A DNA stretch of 64,000 nt, taken from NCBI GenBank assembly GCA_038087875.1, contig CM075977.1:35836001-35900000 (forward strand), read 5' to 3'. The notes below the pieces were generated by a model, which searched no databases, was not told the origin of the DNA, and saw only the letters and a program-made list of their open reading frames with translations. Positions within the stretch are counted from its first letter, which is position 1, and every line of letters starts with the position of its first letter. Shown in pieces: positions 39,926-51,740 of this stretch. This DNA comes from Malacoraja senta (lineage: Eukaryota). The translations under genes were made by a program, and so were the position numbers.

Positions 39926-39959
39926 CCATTATAAATTCAATATTATTCCAACAGGCCAG

Positions 39960-40256
39960 AGGACGAGAGGCATAGGTTTAAGATGAAGGGGAAAAGATTT
40001 AATAGGAATCTGAGGGGTAACTTTTTCACACAAAGGATAGTGGATATATGGAACAAGCTGCCAGAGGAGGTAGTTGAGGCTGGGACTCTCCCAACATTTC
40101 AGAATCAGTTAGTCAGGTACATGGATAGGACAGGCTTGGAGGGATATGGACCAAATGCGGGCAGGTGGGACTAGTGTAGCTGGGACGTGTTGGCTGGTGT
40201 GGGCAAGTTGGGCCGAAGGGCCTGTTTCCACACTGTATCACTCTATGAATCTATAA
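39960..40256 (+). mobile_element. CR1 3' end
   Basis: RGNFFTQRIVDIWNKLPEEVVEA; tail ggccgaagggcctgtttccacactgtat. Confidence 0.9.
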
Positions 40257-41171
40257 CAGGCTTTAACTGAGCGTGATATGGGTTAACATTCTTTCCATTT
40301 TGTTTTCTCTCTCAATCCCATCTTTCTATCTCTTTTTAATCCTCTGTCTGCATTTGATTGTATATTGAATACAAGTTATTGTCAATTAACATTCCTCTCT
40401 TCTTGCGCAAACCACCTATCTGATTAAGATGTAGTTGCCTGCCCTCTTCATTGAGTTGTGTGGTTTCTTGTTTTCCACTGCCCAATCCAACAACACTGTC
40501 AAATCCCATATCCTTCCCCTTCCCAGTCATAAAATTAGAAACCTAAAATGGCAAGGACATCTTTAAATACTGGCAGATCGTGTAAGTTAGCCTGCCTCAA
40601 CAAAACGAGGCCCATGACTTTGAAGGGTTATAAAAATAATTTATAGTTTATTGGCAACAGGTTAAACATGTGTAACAACACCCTTTGGTGTATGAACAAT
40701 TGTCTAGAAGTCTCAAGTTATAATGTTATTTTTGTTTGCTGTTTACTGTCCTGTGCTGTGTGTTGGAATAGGGGTGGGAGTGGAGGGATTGGAAGGTGAG
40801 ATTCTGTTGATGAGAGAAAAGGGTCAACCCTATCACTGGCCCTGAGGCCGAACTGGGTACCTCGCCAATTCACAGCCGGAGACAATATTAGTCTTTGCAA
40901 TGAATAACTTATCTTATAGTTTTTACCAATGAATCCTATTCAGTTATTCCAGCTGAGGGTGGGGTGGGGGCACAGAGACAACTGATCAATCTCCAGCTTC
41001 AGAGGGGAGAGTGAGCTGTGTCTAAGCTCTGATTGAGAGAGGTGGCCTTTACCCACAGCACAGGGCAATTTGGAACATCAGGAAAAAAAGGTTTCCTGCT
41101 CCATCTCACCTTCCGCCCAACAGCATTGAAAAGTTAATCGCCCATATTTTTTGGGGGGAGGGGGTTGGTCA

Positions 41172-41320
41172 TGCGGCATCTGTGGAGGGAAATGGACAGA
41201 CGTCATTTCGGGTCGGGACTCTCCTTCCCGATCCGAAACGTTGGATCTGCTGACCTGCTGAGTTCCTCCAGCAGTTTGTTTTTTTACTCAAGAATCCAGT
41301 ATCGGCAGTCTCTTGTGTAC
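41172..41320. mobile_element. Penelope-derived inverted element with central deletion
   Basis: tttcgggtcggg / ccgatccgaaacgtt facing each other; tail gctgacctgctgagttcctccagc. Confidence 0.6.
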
Positions 41321-41389
41321 CCATTTGTCTTCTTGTCTGGGTTTCTCAAGGCCTGGGACATCAGGACAGCAAGGATTAAACCTGTAAAA

Positions 41390-41915
41390 GAGATTTAATC
41401 ACCTTCATTAAGATAGTGCCCATCCTCCTTTAACTAGACTGCTCTGCCTCTGTTAAACCTAGAACTTTGTGTTTAAAAAAAATATATTTACTGTAGTTAC
41501 AGGAAGTGTTGCTGATCAGACCATCCTTACTAGATGTAGATAATGAGCAGTCTTCTTGAACTGTGGTTATTTTATGTGGCGAGGGTGTGCCCACACTACC
41601 ATTCGGGTGGGATTTCCAGTGACGATGAAGGATGATGATACATTTCCAAGTCAGGCAGGTCTGTGACTCAGAGGAGCACGCAGAGTTCTCAAACACCTGC
41701 AGCCCTTGTTTTTCATGGTGGCAGAAGCTGCAGGTTTAGGAGATGGTGCAGGTCAAGGCAAGTAAGTGCAATGCATTTCGCAGATGATATACACTGCAGC
41801 CACTGTGCAAGAGAAGGGAAGGGAGTGAACGCCCAGGGGGATGGATGAATGGATGGGGAGCCAGTTAAAGATCATGGTCTGCCTGGGTGTTGTTGAACTC
41901 TGAGGTTGACACCAG
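41390..41915 (-). mobile_element. Old LINE fragment, same family as the host at 22655-23300
   Basis: Shared phrases: gagc..tcttgaa, cacac.., gcccttgt..ctt..ggtg. Confidence 0.55.
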
Positions 41916-44334
41916 GATGGAGATTTTAAGCATTTTGTCTGCCCATTGATCCCGCCTGTCTTGGTAGGATTAAAATTCACGTGTACATGAATGCGTGAGA
42001 AGGGGACAGAGAGGGGGAGATGACAGGTTTGCTTGTCACTATTATTGCTCCAGGATTCATCCACAGTCATGTTCATGGGCTTCATTTGTAAAACCATAAG
42101 GCAGAAGAAAACCAAGACAGAAAAGTCACTTGTTACCAAACCTACATCAGGAAAAAAAATGAACACAAATAAAGGAATAGACTTGGAAAAAAATTGTGCC
42201 AAAAGCAAAACTCCAACATCAAAAATAGCCTGGAAAGAAGTTCATAGATTGCCCATGTTTAAGTAAAAATGTGAAAAGAAAATAGTATTTTTTAGGCACT
42301 TTGGATGACAAAATGGCCTTTCTAAAAAAATCTCTTCATGCAGCCCTGAAATATCCACCATCCCTGCTCTATGGCATTTTACAGGAATCTTTTTGAGATA
42401 GAAATCTTTCAACTTCATGTTTTCTTAATGAATAAGGTATTTATTTCCCTGGCAGACATGAATATAACTCATTACTTTACAAGAAAGCCCTCTTTATTAA
42501 ATGTTCCTGCCGACGTAGTTAATGCATGGTATCTATTGCCTAATGCAGTGGTATGATCAGCAGCACTACTGTAGCTTTCAAGCAGTGCATGCAAAGCTCC
42601 ATGAATGACAATAGCCATGTTGCTTTTGACATTAGGCCTTTCCTACATCTACCCTTTCTGTGCAACACATGCCATCCTCCCCATTTTCCATCGTTAGTAG
42701 CCATTGTGGTTCATTTCTCTGGGGTCTATAATTTCTAAATGTTCATCAATCATCACACAGTAGACAATCCAATGGGTGGGTATGCTTTTGTTGGTTAACT
42801 CAGACCCAACGAGCTTTTCCATATTCCATAGAATTGCAACTGAGATATTATGTGCTCCCCCACCAGAGAATCATCGAAACTCCTTCAAAGAGTTCATGGT
42901 TCCCTTATATTTACAAATATGAGTTTTTATTTACTATGACACCAAGGTCAAGGCAGAAGCTATGTGATGCAAGATGCAGGGTTATATAATACAGAAGGAA
43001 GTGATTCATCTCATCAAATAAAACTATCCCATCTAATTCCACTTTCCGGCACCAGGTCCATATTCCTTCTGATACACTTCCAAGTACTAGTTCAAAGTTG
43101 GAAAGAGAATGATTTAGTCAAAGCCAGACATAGTTATATAGTGAGTTCTTAAAGACCTGAAGATGTGAATTACACTGTTTTTTAACTCATGCTTTAGAAT
43201 AGGAATTTGTACAAGTTTAGGTCAGGCAAAATGATGGAGTGTGTGGGTCACATTTTGTAGGTTAGAGGAACAGGCTGGTTGGAGCAGAGTCAATGGGCCA
43301 CTACTGAAACAGGGAGAACAAAGCCCTTATACCAGGTAAGACGACCAGGGGTGGAGAGGATGGGATGTTTCTTCTAGTTTCCTACCTCATGACGCATGTG
43401 TGTTAAAAGCTCCTTCCTAGATAATCTATTCCGATTTGGGATTTATGAACTAGGAATGATTACGAAGAGATGGCTGAACCGATAGTGAAATGTACAAATG
43501 ATCTTGACTGTGCATTATCTAGAGAAGCGTTTGAGGAGGAAAGGTCTTCAACGAGAGACCTGGTAATTATATCCTGATAAAAAAGTAAAGCATGGAGAGG
43601 AAGCCAGCTAAAATCTCCACGAAGCAGCTTTAGCATGGAATGAGTAGCCATTACAAAGAGCCTGGGGATGCAGAGTTGATATCTCACCCAAAAGACTGAG
43701 CTGCAGGATGGCAAGGTGTAACAAAAGACTTGACTTGACGGTAGAGGATCAGCAAGATGTGTAGTTTTCCTGGTTAGCCACAATAATATCAATTAGTTCA
43801 CTTGTGCTGATCGCAATAACAAAACCCCAATGAATCAGGTAAAAGTATTAAAGAACCCTCAAGAGCTATTGCCATTAATTGAAATCTGGAGCCAAATATG
43901 GCCCAAAATGATTTGTACATAGTGATGTGTTTCTCGTTTTTTTAAATCAAGAAAATAGCTTAATAAAACAGAAATATTCTAAGCTGCAGAGTTGGATGAA
44001 AATAAATTTGTATTTATATAAATACAAGAGGAGTTTGGTTTAACTTGGCATCATATTTGGCATGGTCATTGTGGGCTGAAGAGCATGTTCCTATGCTGTA
44101 CTGTTATTCTATATTCCAATGCCCTTTGTGACCGCTGAAGGTACCATTAACTGAACGGCAGCAGTTGTTCAAACGGAAAGAAAAATCAGTAGCCTGTTTA
44201 CTGACAGCAAAATCCCCCAAGTAACACTGAGAAACATCAAAGATAATCTGTTGTTAGTGAGAAATAGGTGAGGGATAAAACTGACCATGACATTGAGTCC
44301 TATTTTTGATATCCTTACCATGGGAAAAGATTTT

Positions 44335-44662
44335 GTCTATGCCTCTCAATCTTCCAAGCTTCTCTCAGGATGCCCCTCAGCTTCCTTCACTCCATGGAAA
44401 CAAGCTCAGACCATCCAATCTCCCCCATTATTAAAGGCCTTCAATCCAGGTAACATTCGGATGAATCTTCTCTGCACTCTCTCCAATATAATCACATCCT
44501 TCAATGTGGCGACCAGAACTGCACATACAACTCCGTGCGGCATAATCAGCTTCTGGTAAGGTCACAGCATGATGTCCCAAATATTGAATTCTATGTCCTG
44601 AATTATGAATGGCAGCATGCCTTATGCCTTATGCCTTCTTCACCACCCAATCCACCTGTGTC
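44335..44662 (-). mobile_element. CR1 fragment
   Basis: aatccaggtaacatt..gaatcttctctgcactctctcca, gaccagaactgcaca. Confidence 0.7.
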
Positions 44663-45719
44663 TCTTTTGGTCTTGGTCTTATCATCCTCAGATTTATCCA
44701 CTCCTTGCACGTCTCCACAAGATATCATTGTTCTCTCACCTTTTCATATTTCTGATAGCGGATCTTTGACCTGAATCATTAACTCTATTTCCCTCTTCAC
44801 AAGTGCTGTTTGACCTGCTGTGTGTTTGATGTTGGTTTATTATTGTCCTCTGCACTGTGATGCAGTGAAAAACGTTGTTTTGCGTGCTTTCTGGGTAAAT
44901 TATACCAAACATGACTATATCAGATACTGCAAAAGGGAAAATAGAGTGCAGAATATTGTGCAACAATGACAAAAAAGGTGTAGATAAAAAAAAGTGCAAG
45001 GGCTGCATGAGGTAGATTGGAAGATGGGGAAATTCATCCTTAGCTTATGAAATTCTTCCCTTTTATCCAGCATTTCCTGTTTTTATTTTGAAACATTTCT
45101 TCAGAATGAGTTACCATGCCTCCAATGTTCATTTGTTCTGCAAGTATAGTTGTCAGACCCCTCCCCCCCCCACCCGCACCCTCCTAGTACCCAAATGCCT
45201 GCCAAACAAAGTGAACAGAAGGCGACTCTCAACAAAGCCCATGAGGCAATGTCACCCTTGTTCTTGGATTCAGTCCTCATGGAAAAAGGACTTTGCTGAA
45301 TGACTGGAACCATAAGCTGTTTTGTTTTGTTTCCATCGAAAGCACACAGCGAATGACAATGGTCAGTGGCAAGGGGAGTCATTCTGCTGCCATCTGATCA
45401 TCTGTTGAGTAAGGATTTCTGCAAAATGCAGTTTGTTATAATTGTGGTAACTTCAGTGACAATTTCTTGAATGATTCATGCAGAAGATGTCACTCATCCA
45501 ATCCTGACTGCAGTGATTCATTGAAATAAGCAGGAGAGACCACAATGGTGAAGATCATATGGACAAGAGGATTATCTCTACATCAATGTTCACTCATTAC
45601 TTCTATTAAGATCTTGGATTGCAATGCCTTGGAGCCTGCCTTGGAAAGTTCTGGAAACATCTATTTAGTTCACAGCATCAATGTCCACCACTGTAATACT
45701 ACAGATCGGAAACCAATCA

Positions 45720-46342
45720 AACCACCCCCCTCCCCAGGTACTTTCCCATGCAACCGCAGGAGATGCAACACCTGTCCCTTTACCTCCCCACTCGACTCCA
45801 TCCAAGGACCCCGACCATCATTTCAGGTGAGGCAGAGGTTCACTTGCACCTCCTCCAACCTCATCTACTGTATCTGCTGTTCCAGGTGTTAACTTCTGTT
45901 CATTGGCAAGACCAAGTGCAGGCTCGGCAATCGTTTCGTTGAAAACCTCCGCTCAGTCCGCCTTAACCTATCTGATCTCCCGGTTGCTCAGCACTTTAAC
46001 TCCCCCTCCAATTCTCAATCTGACATTTCTGTCCTGGGCCTCCTCCATTGTCAGATGAGACCCAGCGCAAATTGGAGGAATAGCATCTCATATTTCACTT
46101 GGGTAGCTTACACCCTAGCAGTATGAACATTGACTTCTCTAACTTCAAATAGCCCTTGCTTTCCATCTCTCTCTATCCCCTCCCCATTTCCAGTTCTCCC
46201 ACCAGTCTCCGACTACAATCTGTCTCGCCCACTCCCCTGACATCAGTCTGAAGAAGGGTCTCGACCTGAAATGTCATCCATTCATTCTCTCCAGAGATGC
46301 TGCCTGACCCGCTGAGTTACTCCAGCATTTTGTGTCTACCTT
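45720..46342 (+). mobile_element. Penelope-like element 3' part: GIY-YIG endonuclease remnant plus pLTR with hammerhead-like core
   Basis: PCNRRRCNTC..FTCTSSNLIYCICCSRC*LLFIGKTKCRLGNRF..PVAQHFN, with the Cys-rich linker typical of Neptune-type PLEs; CTGAAGAAGGGTCTCGACCTGAAATGTC at 46248. Confidence 0.85.
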
Positions 46343-46367
46343 AGATCAGAAACGAAGCTGTGTTAAT

Positions 46368-46568
46368 AGACAATAGACAATAGGTGCAGGAGTAGGCCAT
46401 TCGGCCCTTCGAGCCAGCACCGCCATTCAATTTGATCATGGCTGATCATCCACAATCAGTACCCCATTCCTGCCTTCTCCCCATATCCCCTGACTCCGCT
46501 ATCTTTAAGAGGCCTATCAAGCCTTCTCTTGAAAGGCAGAGAATTCCACAGACTCACAACTCTCTGTG
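46368..46568 (-). mobile_element. Young CR1 3' end
   Basis: Near-identical to the tails at 22725 and 29981. Confidence 0.9.
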
Positions 46569-46601
46569 GTAGAACGTGAGCAGTCTCTAGTGTCAGTGAT
46601 C

Positions 46602-46656
46602 TCACGTGGATGCCTAAGCTACGCGGTTCACGTGGATGCCTAAGCTACGCGGTTCA
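46602..46656. repeat. Perfect 26-bp tandem duplication (TCACGTGGATGCCTAAGCTACGCGGT x2)
   Basis: Directly visible. Confidence 0.95.
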
Positions 46657-47342
46657 GCATGCTAACTTGTTTGAAGGAGGATTAGTGGAGGATTTTACAG
46701 TTCGAGTACGGTGGGTGAGTATTGAAGAATACTGAAGATCGTGAGCTGGGGGGGAAACTTAAATATGAATGGAAGTCCCCTTTATAAGAGGCCAAATTTA
46801 AGGTATCAGGATGCCAGAGTGTTTGGTGCCTCAACATTCTGTGTCCACTTACATCCTGCATGTTGTCATTCTTTGCTCCTGTTCATGATATGGTAGGAAT
46901 AGGGGTACGAAGGAACTGGTAAATTTAAAGGGCAAAGCCATTCCTCCTTTTGTCACCCCATTTCCCCGATAGGATGCGCATGCTCACCATCCAAGCAAGA
47001 ATCGTCTTTAGGGCAAAGACCAGGGTGCAATGGGATATTATCGTCCATCCCATCACATCATGCTGCCAACCTTGGACCAAACTTTCAGCTTTCAATTGTA
47101 GCAATGTTGTACCAGATAATAATCCAAATCTTGAGGTGAGATTAATCTTTCCACAAAATACAATAATTTGTAAAACTGATAATGATGTTTTTTTCAATTA
47201 GGCATTAATTCTGCATTTTTATCCTTACGTGAAATGGAAATTAACTTTGTATTTATTTAAGTTGAGGTGATGGCAAGAGGAAAAAATTTGCTCTGTCAGT
47301 AACCATATCGGATAATCCAAACAATAGAATTACAATTAGATC

Positions 47343-47609
47343 NNNNNNNNNNNNNNNNNNNNNNNNNNNNNNNNNNNNNNNNNNNNNNNNNNNNNNNNNN
47401 NNNNNNNNNNNNNNNNNNNNNNNNNNNNNNNNNNNNNNNNNNNNNNNNNNNNNNNNNNNNNNNNNNNNNNNNNNNNNNNNNNNNNNNNNNNNNNNNNNNN
47501 NNNNNNNNNNNNNNNNNNNNNNNNNNNNNNNNNNNNNNNNNNNNNNNNNNNNNNNNNNNNNNNNNNNNNNNNNNNNNNNNNNNNNNNNNNNNNNNNNNNN
47601 NNNNNNNNN
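47343..47609. other. Assembly gap (267 N)
   Basis: Run of N. Confidence 1.
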
Positions 47610-50600
47610 AAGAAGCTCGAAATGTATTGACCCCTCTGGATAGTTTGAGCTCCAAATTGCATTTGCTTAGGGAACCATGCACATCGTTCACTAAAGAACA
47701 GAAGGACTGTGATTCTGGAACCACACTTTAAAGAGCCACATTGTGAAAATCAGTGTCCTTGGTATTGAATCTGAACTACATCTTCCACAAATTACATTTT
47801 AATGCTTCACCTCTAGAGTAAGCAGAATGGACAACCTCTTGACCAAGTCCCAACTTTCTAAACAAACAAAAAATACTTCCATGAAACAAAAAAGCAGAAA
47901 ATGCCTGTGCCTTCAAAACTCAGTCATGAACTCTGAAGGTGATTATGGTTATTCAACATTTTATGTGGAAGAGGGAGAAAGCGAGTTTAGTTCATTTTGA
48001 CCTAATATGTTAACCTACAATGTTCTCTTGAGCCCCTGATTGGAAGATAATTAGACTTGTGTTTCGAGCCGTTTGGTAGTTAATTTTCTTAACTCATTCA
48101 CCGAGAGATGCAAGGGAACGCCACCTTCAACTCTAGTGGCCATGTCCATAACTGACACAAAGAAACACATAGGCAGCTGCTGAGAGAAATTGGGATCCAG
48201 ACTTCTTGGAAATAGCAAAAGTAAAAGATTGGTAAACATGAGCAACTGTGACACTTGAATTTACAGACAACAGCAAACACTGTCAATGTGAATTGCAAAT
48301 AGTAGTTGCGGAGGCAGTAGGATAGGACCAGAGACTAGGAAGGATAGAGATGGCTATAAGCATTGTTGGAAGGAGATTTTAAACAAGATTTTGAAAGTAA
48401 GCAGAATGAAGCAAAATGGAAATATTTAGTGAATTCTAAAGTCCACTGTGTGTGGAGCACTATTCAGAAATCAAGGGCATAAAGCTCAAATCAGATACAA
48501 AGGTGGGGATTTTAATTTGAGGGCAAAAATCCCTGAAGTAAAAGAATTGTGTAATTAAGAACCATTGAAGATTTACAACAAATTATGTTATAATGGAGTC
48601 CTGCTGATGCGCATAACGTGGGGATTGAAACTCAATATAGGACAGGGCACAACTTCAATGTTCTTCACCATCGTATCACCCAAGGTGGGTATTGGGACAT
48701 GGCGACAAATACAGCAAACAAAACAATACAGCTTTGTTTTAAGAAGGGACAATTAAAATATTGTCTCATTTTCCTACTGGTTTAAACTAAGGATTGACAA
48801 CTAAGCTCTCGCTGTTAAATCAAGAGCCAAGACTGTATGCTGTGTTGGTTGATGTGAATACTGGAGGGGGATTGGAAGGAGGCTTGTTGAGCAAAGGGGA
48901 AGTATTTAAACATCCTAACATTTATCTGAAAGTACTGGAAGAAATTGTTGTATAAATTAAAGAAAATGGAATTCAACTGAAATAGGTCCTGCCAAACCAA
49001 AAACATCCAAAAATGTACAAAACCTGTAGGACATTACTATTTTAAGATTGTTATTTCAAATATTGACATTTATGGAACTACTTTCCATGCAGAAACAAAC
49101 ATAAAAACCATGGCTGTGCGATACAGATCCACCTTCTGGAGATTTCAATGCGTCAATTGTGCCCACGTCATCATGTATCCTTTTTATCTAAATATCCAAG
49201 AGGATTCAGAATCACTATTATCTATATTCTGAAGAAGTAGGGTGAAGGTAAACCACTCAGTCATCATGCTTGGAGGGGCAAGAATAAGGTGAAACTAAAG
49301 CAAAATGAGATTGGTGGTGTGAGTATACATTTGCCAAGCGAGAGGCAATATAACCCATATAGTTATGCAAAGGCTGCCTTAACCCTTCTTTACTGCTACA
49401 TAGATTAAGGAGCATGTTTAATTATAATAGGGACAGGAGCCACGTTTTAAAGATCAAAGAGAAAGCAGGAAAGGAAGAGAGAATTTAAAAGAAAAGTGGT
49501 ATCACTTATCACCAATACATAAATACAATTTATATGCTGTAAAATGACTTTAGTATTTCAAGAGACCCAATTTCAAGTATCCATTACAATGCTGCTGATG
49601 CATGAACAGCTTGGCATGCATTGTATCTGGCAGTCTCACATTGAGTGAAAGGGGCTAATGGCATGTTAGCAACCCTTTCTGTAAAACATCCTTTAAAAAA
49701 AACTCCATCCATGGATCAAAATAATTTCTATTATTACTGATGGAGAGAAAAACCTTCAGGATTTTTTTTAAAATCTGTTACTGCTGCATCACAGTGGCAA
49801 GTCACAGAAGTCATAGAATCCCCAAAACACTGGTTTGGGTAATAGTGAACAACATTACAAGCACGAAGGAAAAAGCAGGCAGAATGTAATTTAACTATTC
49901 AGCTTGTCACAGACTTAAATTCACAACTCTGTCTCTATTTACTTTTAAGTAGCTGTTCAATTTCTGTCCTTAATTTGCAGTTGTTCTGCGTTTAAGTACA
50001 TCATGTTAATTTTATACATTTTCTCTTCAACCTGCTCTTACGGTACTGCAAAATGTCTTACACAAAAATCTTACAGAGCTGATTTGATAACAACAGTGCA
50101 CTAGAGTGATTCAAATCAAGACCATGTAAACAGCCTGATTTAAATCCCTCGCTGGCTTCCACTCTCTTGTACAACACAAGAGTAAGCATTGACATGAATG
50201 TGATACAGTCTGCAGTAGCTCCTGCCATGGTGCCATATAAGTGCAGTACCATGATTGAATTTAACTTCAGTCAATAGATCCATACAAAACTCAATCAGCA
50301 ATCTAAATGGACAATATGATTTCAAATAATATAAAACCTGCGCATTTGGTATAACCTTGTAACGTGATGTAAGTGCACAGGAATAAAAGTCCTAAATTGT
50401 GATCCACTCCAGACCACTTACAATAAAATTGTATCTCCCTATGGCTCAAAGATACTCCTTTAAACTTCTGGTCATCTTCCTTAATAAATAGGTGACTTGG
50501 TGTCAATTGTTGTTGCTTGTTGTGATTCCCAGGAATCACATCAGACCTTTCATTTTTAAATATAAAAAACGCTATTTAAATGGAAACTGTTGGTAACATC

Positions 50601-50794
50601 AACTGATTAAGGAGCAATGACTTAAAAAACCCCAATTTGAAGCAGAATTTGTGATAGTCGCCAATCTCCTTCATACCTACGATAGATTGTTTAAATGTGA
50701 CTTCTGTTTTTCATATGTTCTTCGTGGTTGGAAGCTTTATCCCGATTTAATGTTATTTTAAAGTTTGTTTCTCATTCAAAGGTCCACTACCATA

Positions 50795-51041
50795 GGGACG
50801 ACAGATGGCGCAATGGGCTAAGTGTTCGGCTGGCAACCGGAAGGTAGCCGGTTCGAATCCCGCTTGGAGTGCATACTGTCGTTGTGTCCTTGGGCAAGAC
50901 ACTTCACCCACCTTTGCCTGCGTGTGAATGTTGATATGTTATGGATATGGATATGGATAATTCTCTGTAAAGCACTTTGGTTTCAAGTGATTTGATTGAA
51001 AAGTGCTATATAAATACAAATATTATTATAAATATTATTAT
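50795..51041 (+). mobile_element. Young tRNA-derived CORE-type SINE with L2-like tail and target-site duplication
   Basis: A box TGGCGCAATGG, perfect B box GGTTCGAATCC, CORE-like gtgtccttgggcaagacactt, tail gtaaagcactttg..aaaagtgctatataaat(att)n; TACCAT on both flanks. Confidence 0.85.
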
Positions 51042-51609
51042 TACCATGCACTGCTTTTATGAAACGAAGAGCCAATAATATTGGCAGTGTTACATTTTCA
51101 TCACCGAAATTAGAAATTACTTTATTTTGGCAATACTTCCCAATAATTTTATACTACTTTTTTCACATAAAAGAAAACAGTAAACTGTATATTCTTAATA
51201 GGATAGAAAGGTAATGAGGGACATTTAGCATTGGCAAGTCCAATTTGGGCAAAGTTTAATGGAATTCCAACTCTGCGGGCAACTAGTTAATAAAATAAAA
51301 TAAATATAGAAGTGGTCTCTCTAAAATGTAACAAATCTGTAAATATGCATGTATATGGACCTGCATTTCAAATCGGTGGTAGGAAAATGTGCGTAAATTG
51401 TAATATGTACCCACGAATTCTTCAATGAAGTATTCCTTATTCTATACTATATCAGAATACTGAAGGGTTAGTAGGTCCAAAGACGTACTTAAATTGCAAG
51501 CTCTTCAAATCAATTTGTGACTTTTAAATTTTCTGGCATAACACACAGTTATCCGTCACTGGTTCCCAAAATCCATGACAATATTACAATGGTACTTTTG
51601 CAGTACTAA

Positions 51610-51740
51610 AAGTCTGAAGAAGGGTCCCAACCCAAAACGACATGTCACCTGTTCATGTTCTAGAGATACTGCCCAACCCGCTAAGTTTCTCAAAAATTGT
51701 GTATTTTTTTGTAAACCAGCAACGGCGGTTCTTGTATCTA
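51610..51740 (+). mobile_element. Penelope-derived tail with degenerate hammerhead core
   Basis: agtctgaagaagggtcccaacccaaaacg..agagatactgcccaacccgctaagtt. Confidence 0.65.

Noticed and set aside
47296-47724. ORFs spanning the gap, and a faint Tc1-TIR-like sequence beside it
   Set aside because: The ORFs are artefacts of the N run; the TIR similarity is short and has no visible partner.
50795-50880. tRNA gene
   Set aside because: A and B boxes are present, but it continues into a SINE body and tail with a TSD and has no proper acceptor stem or terminator.
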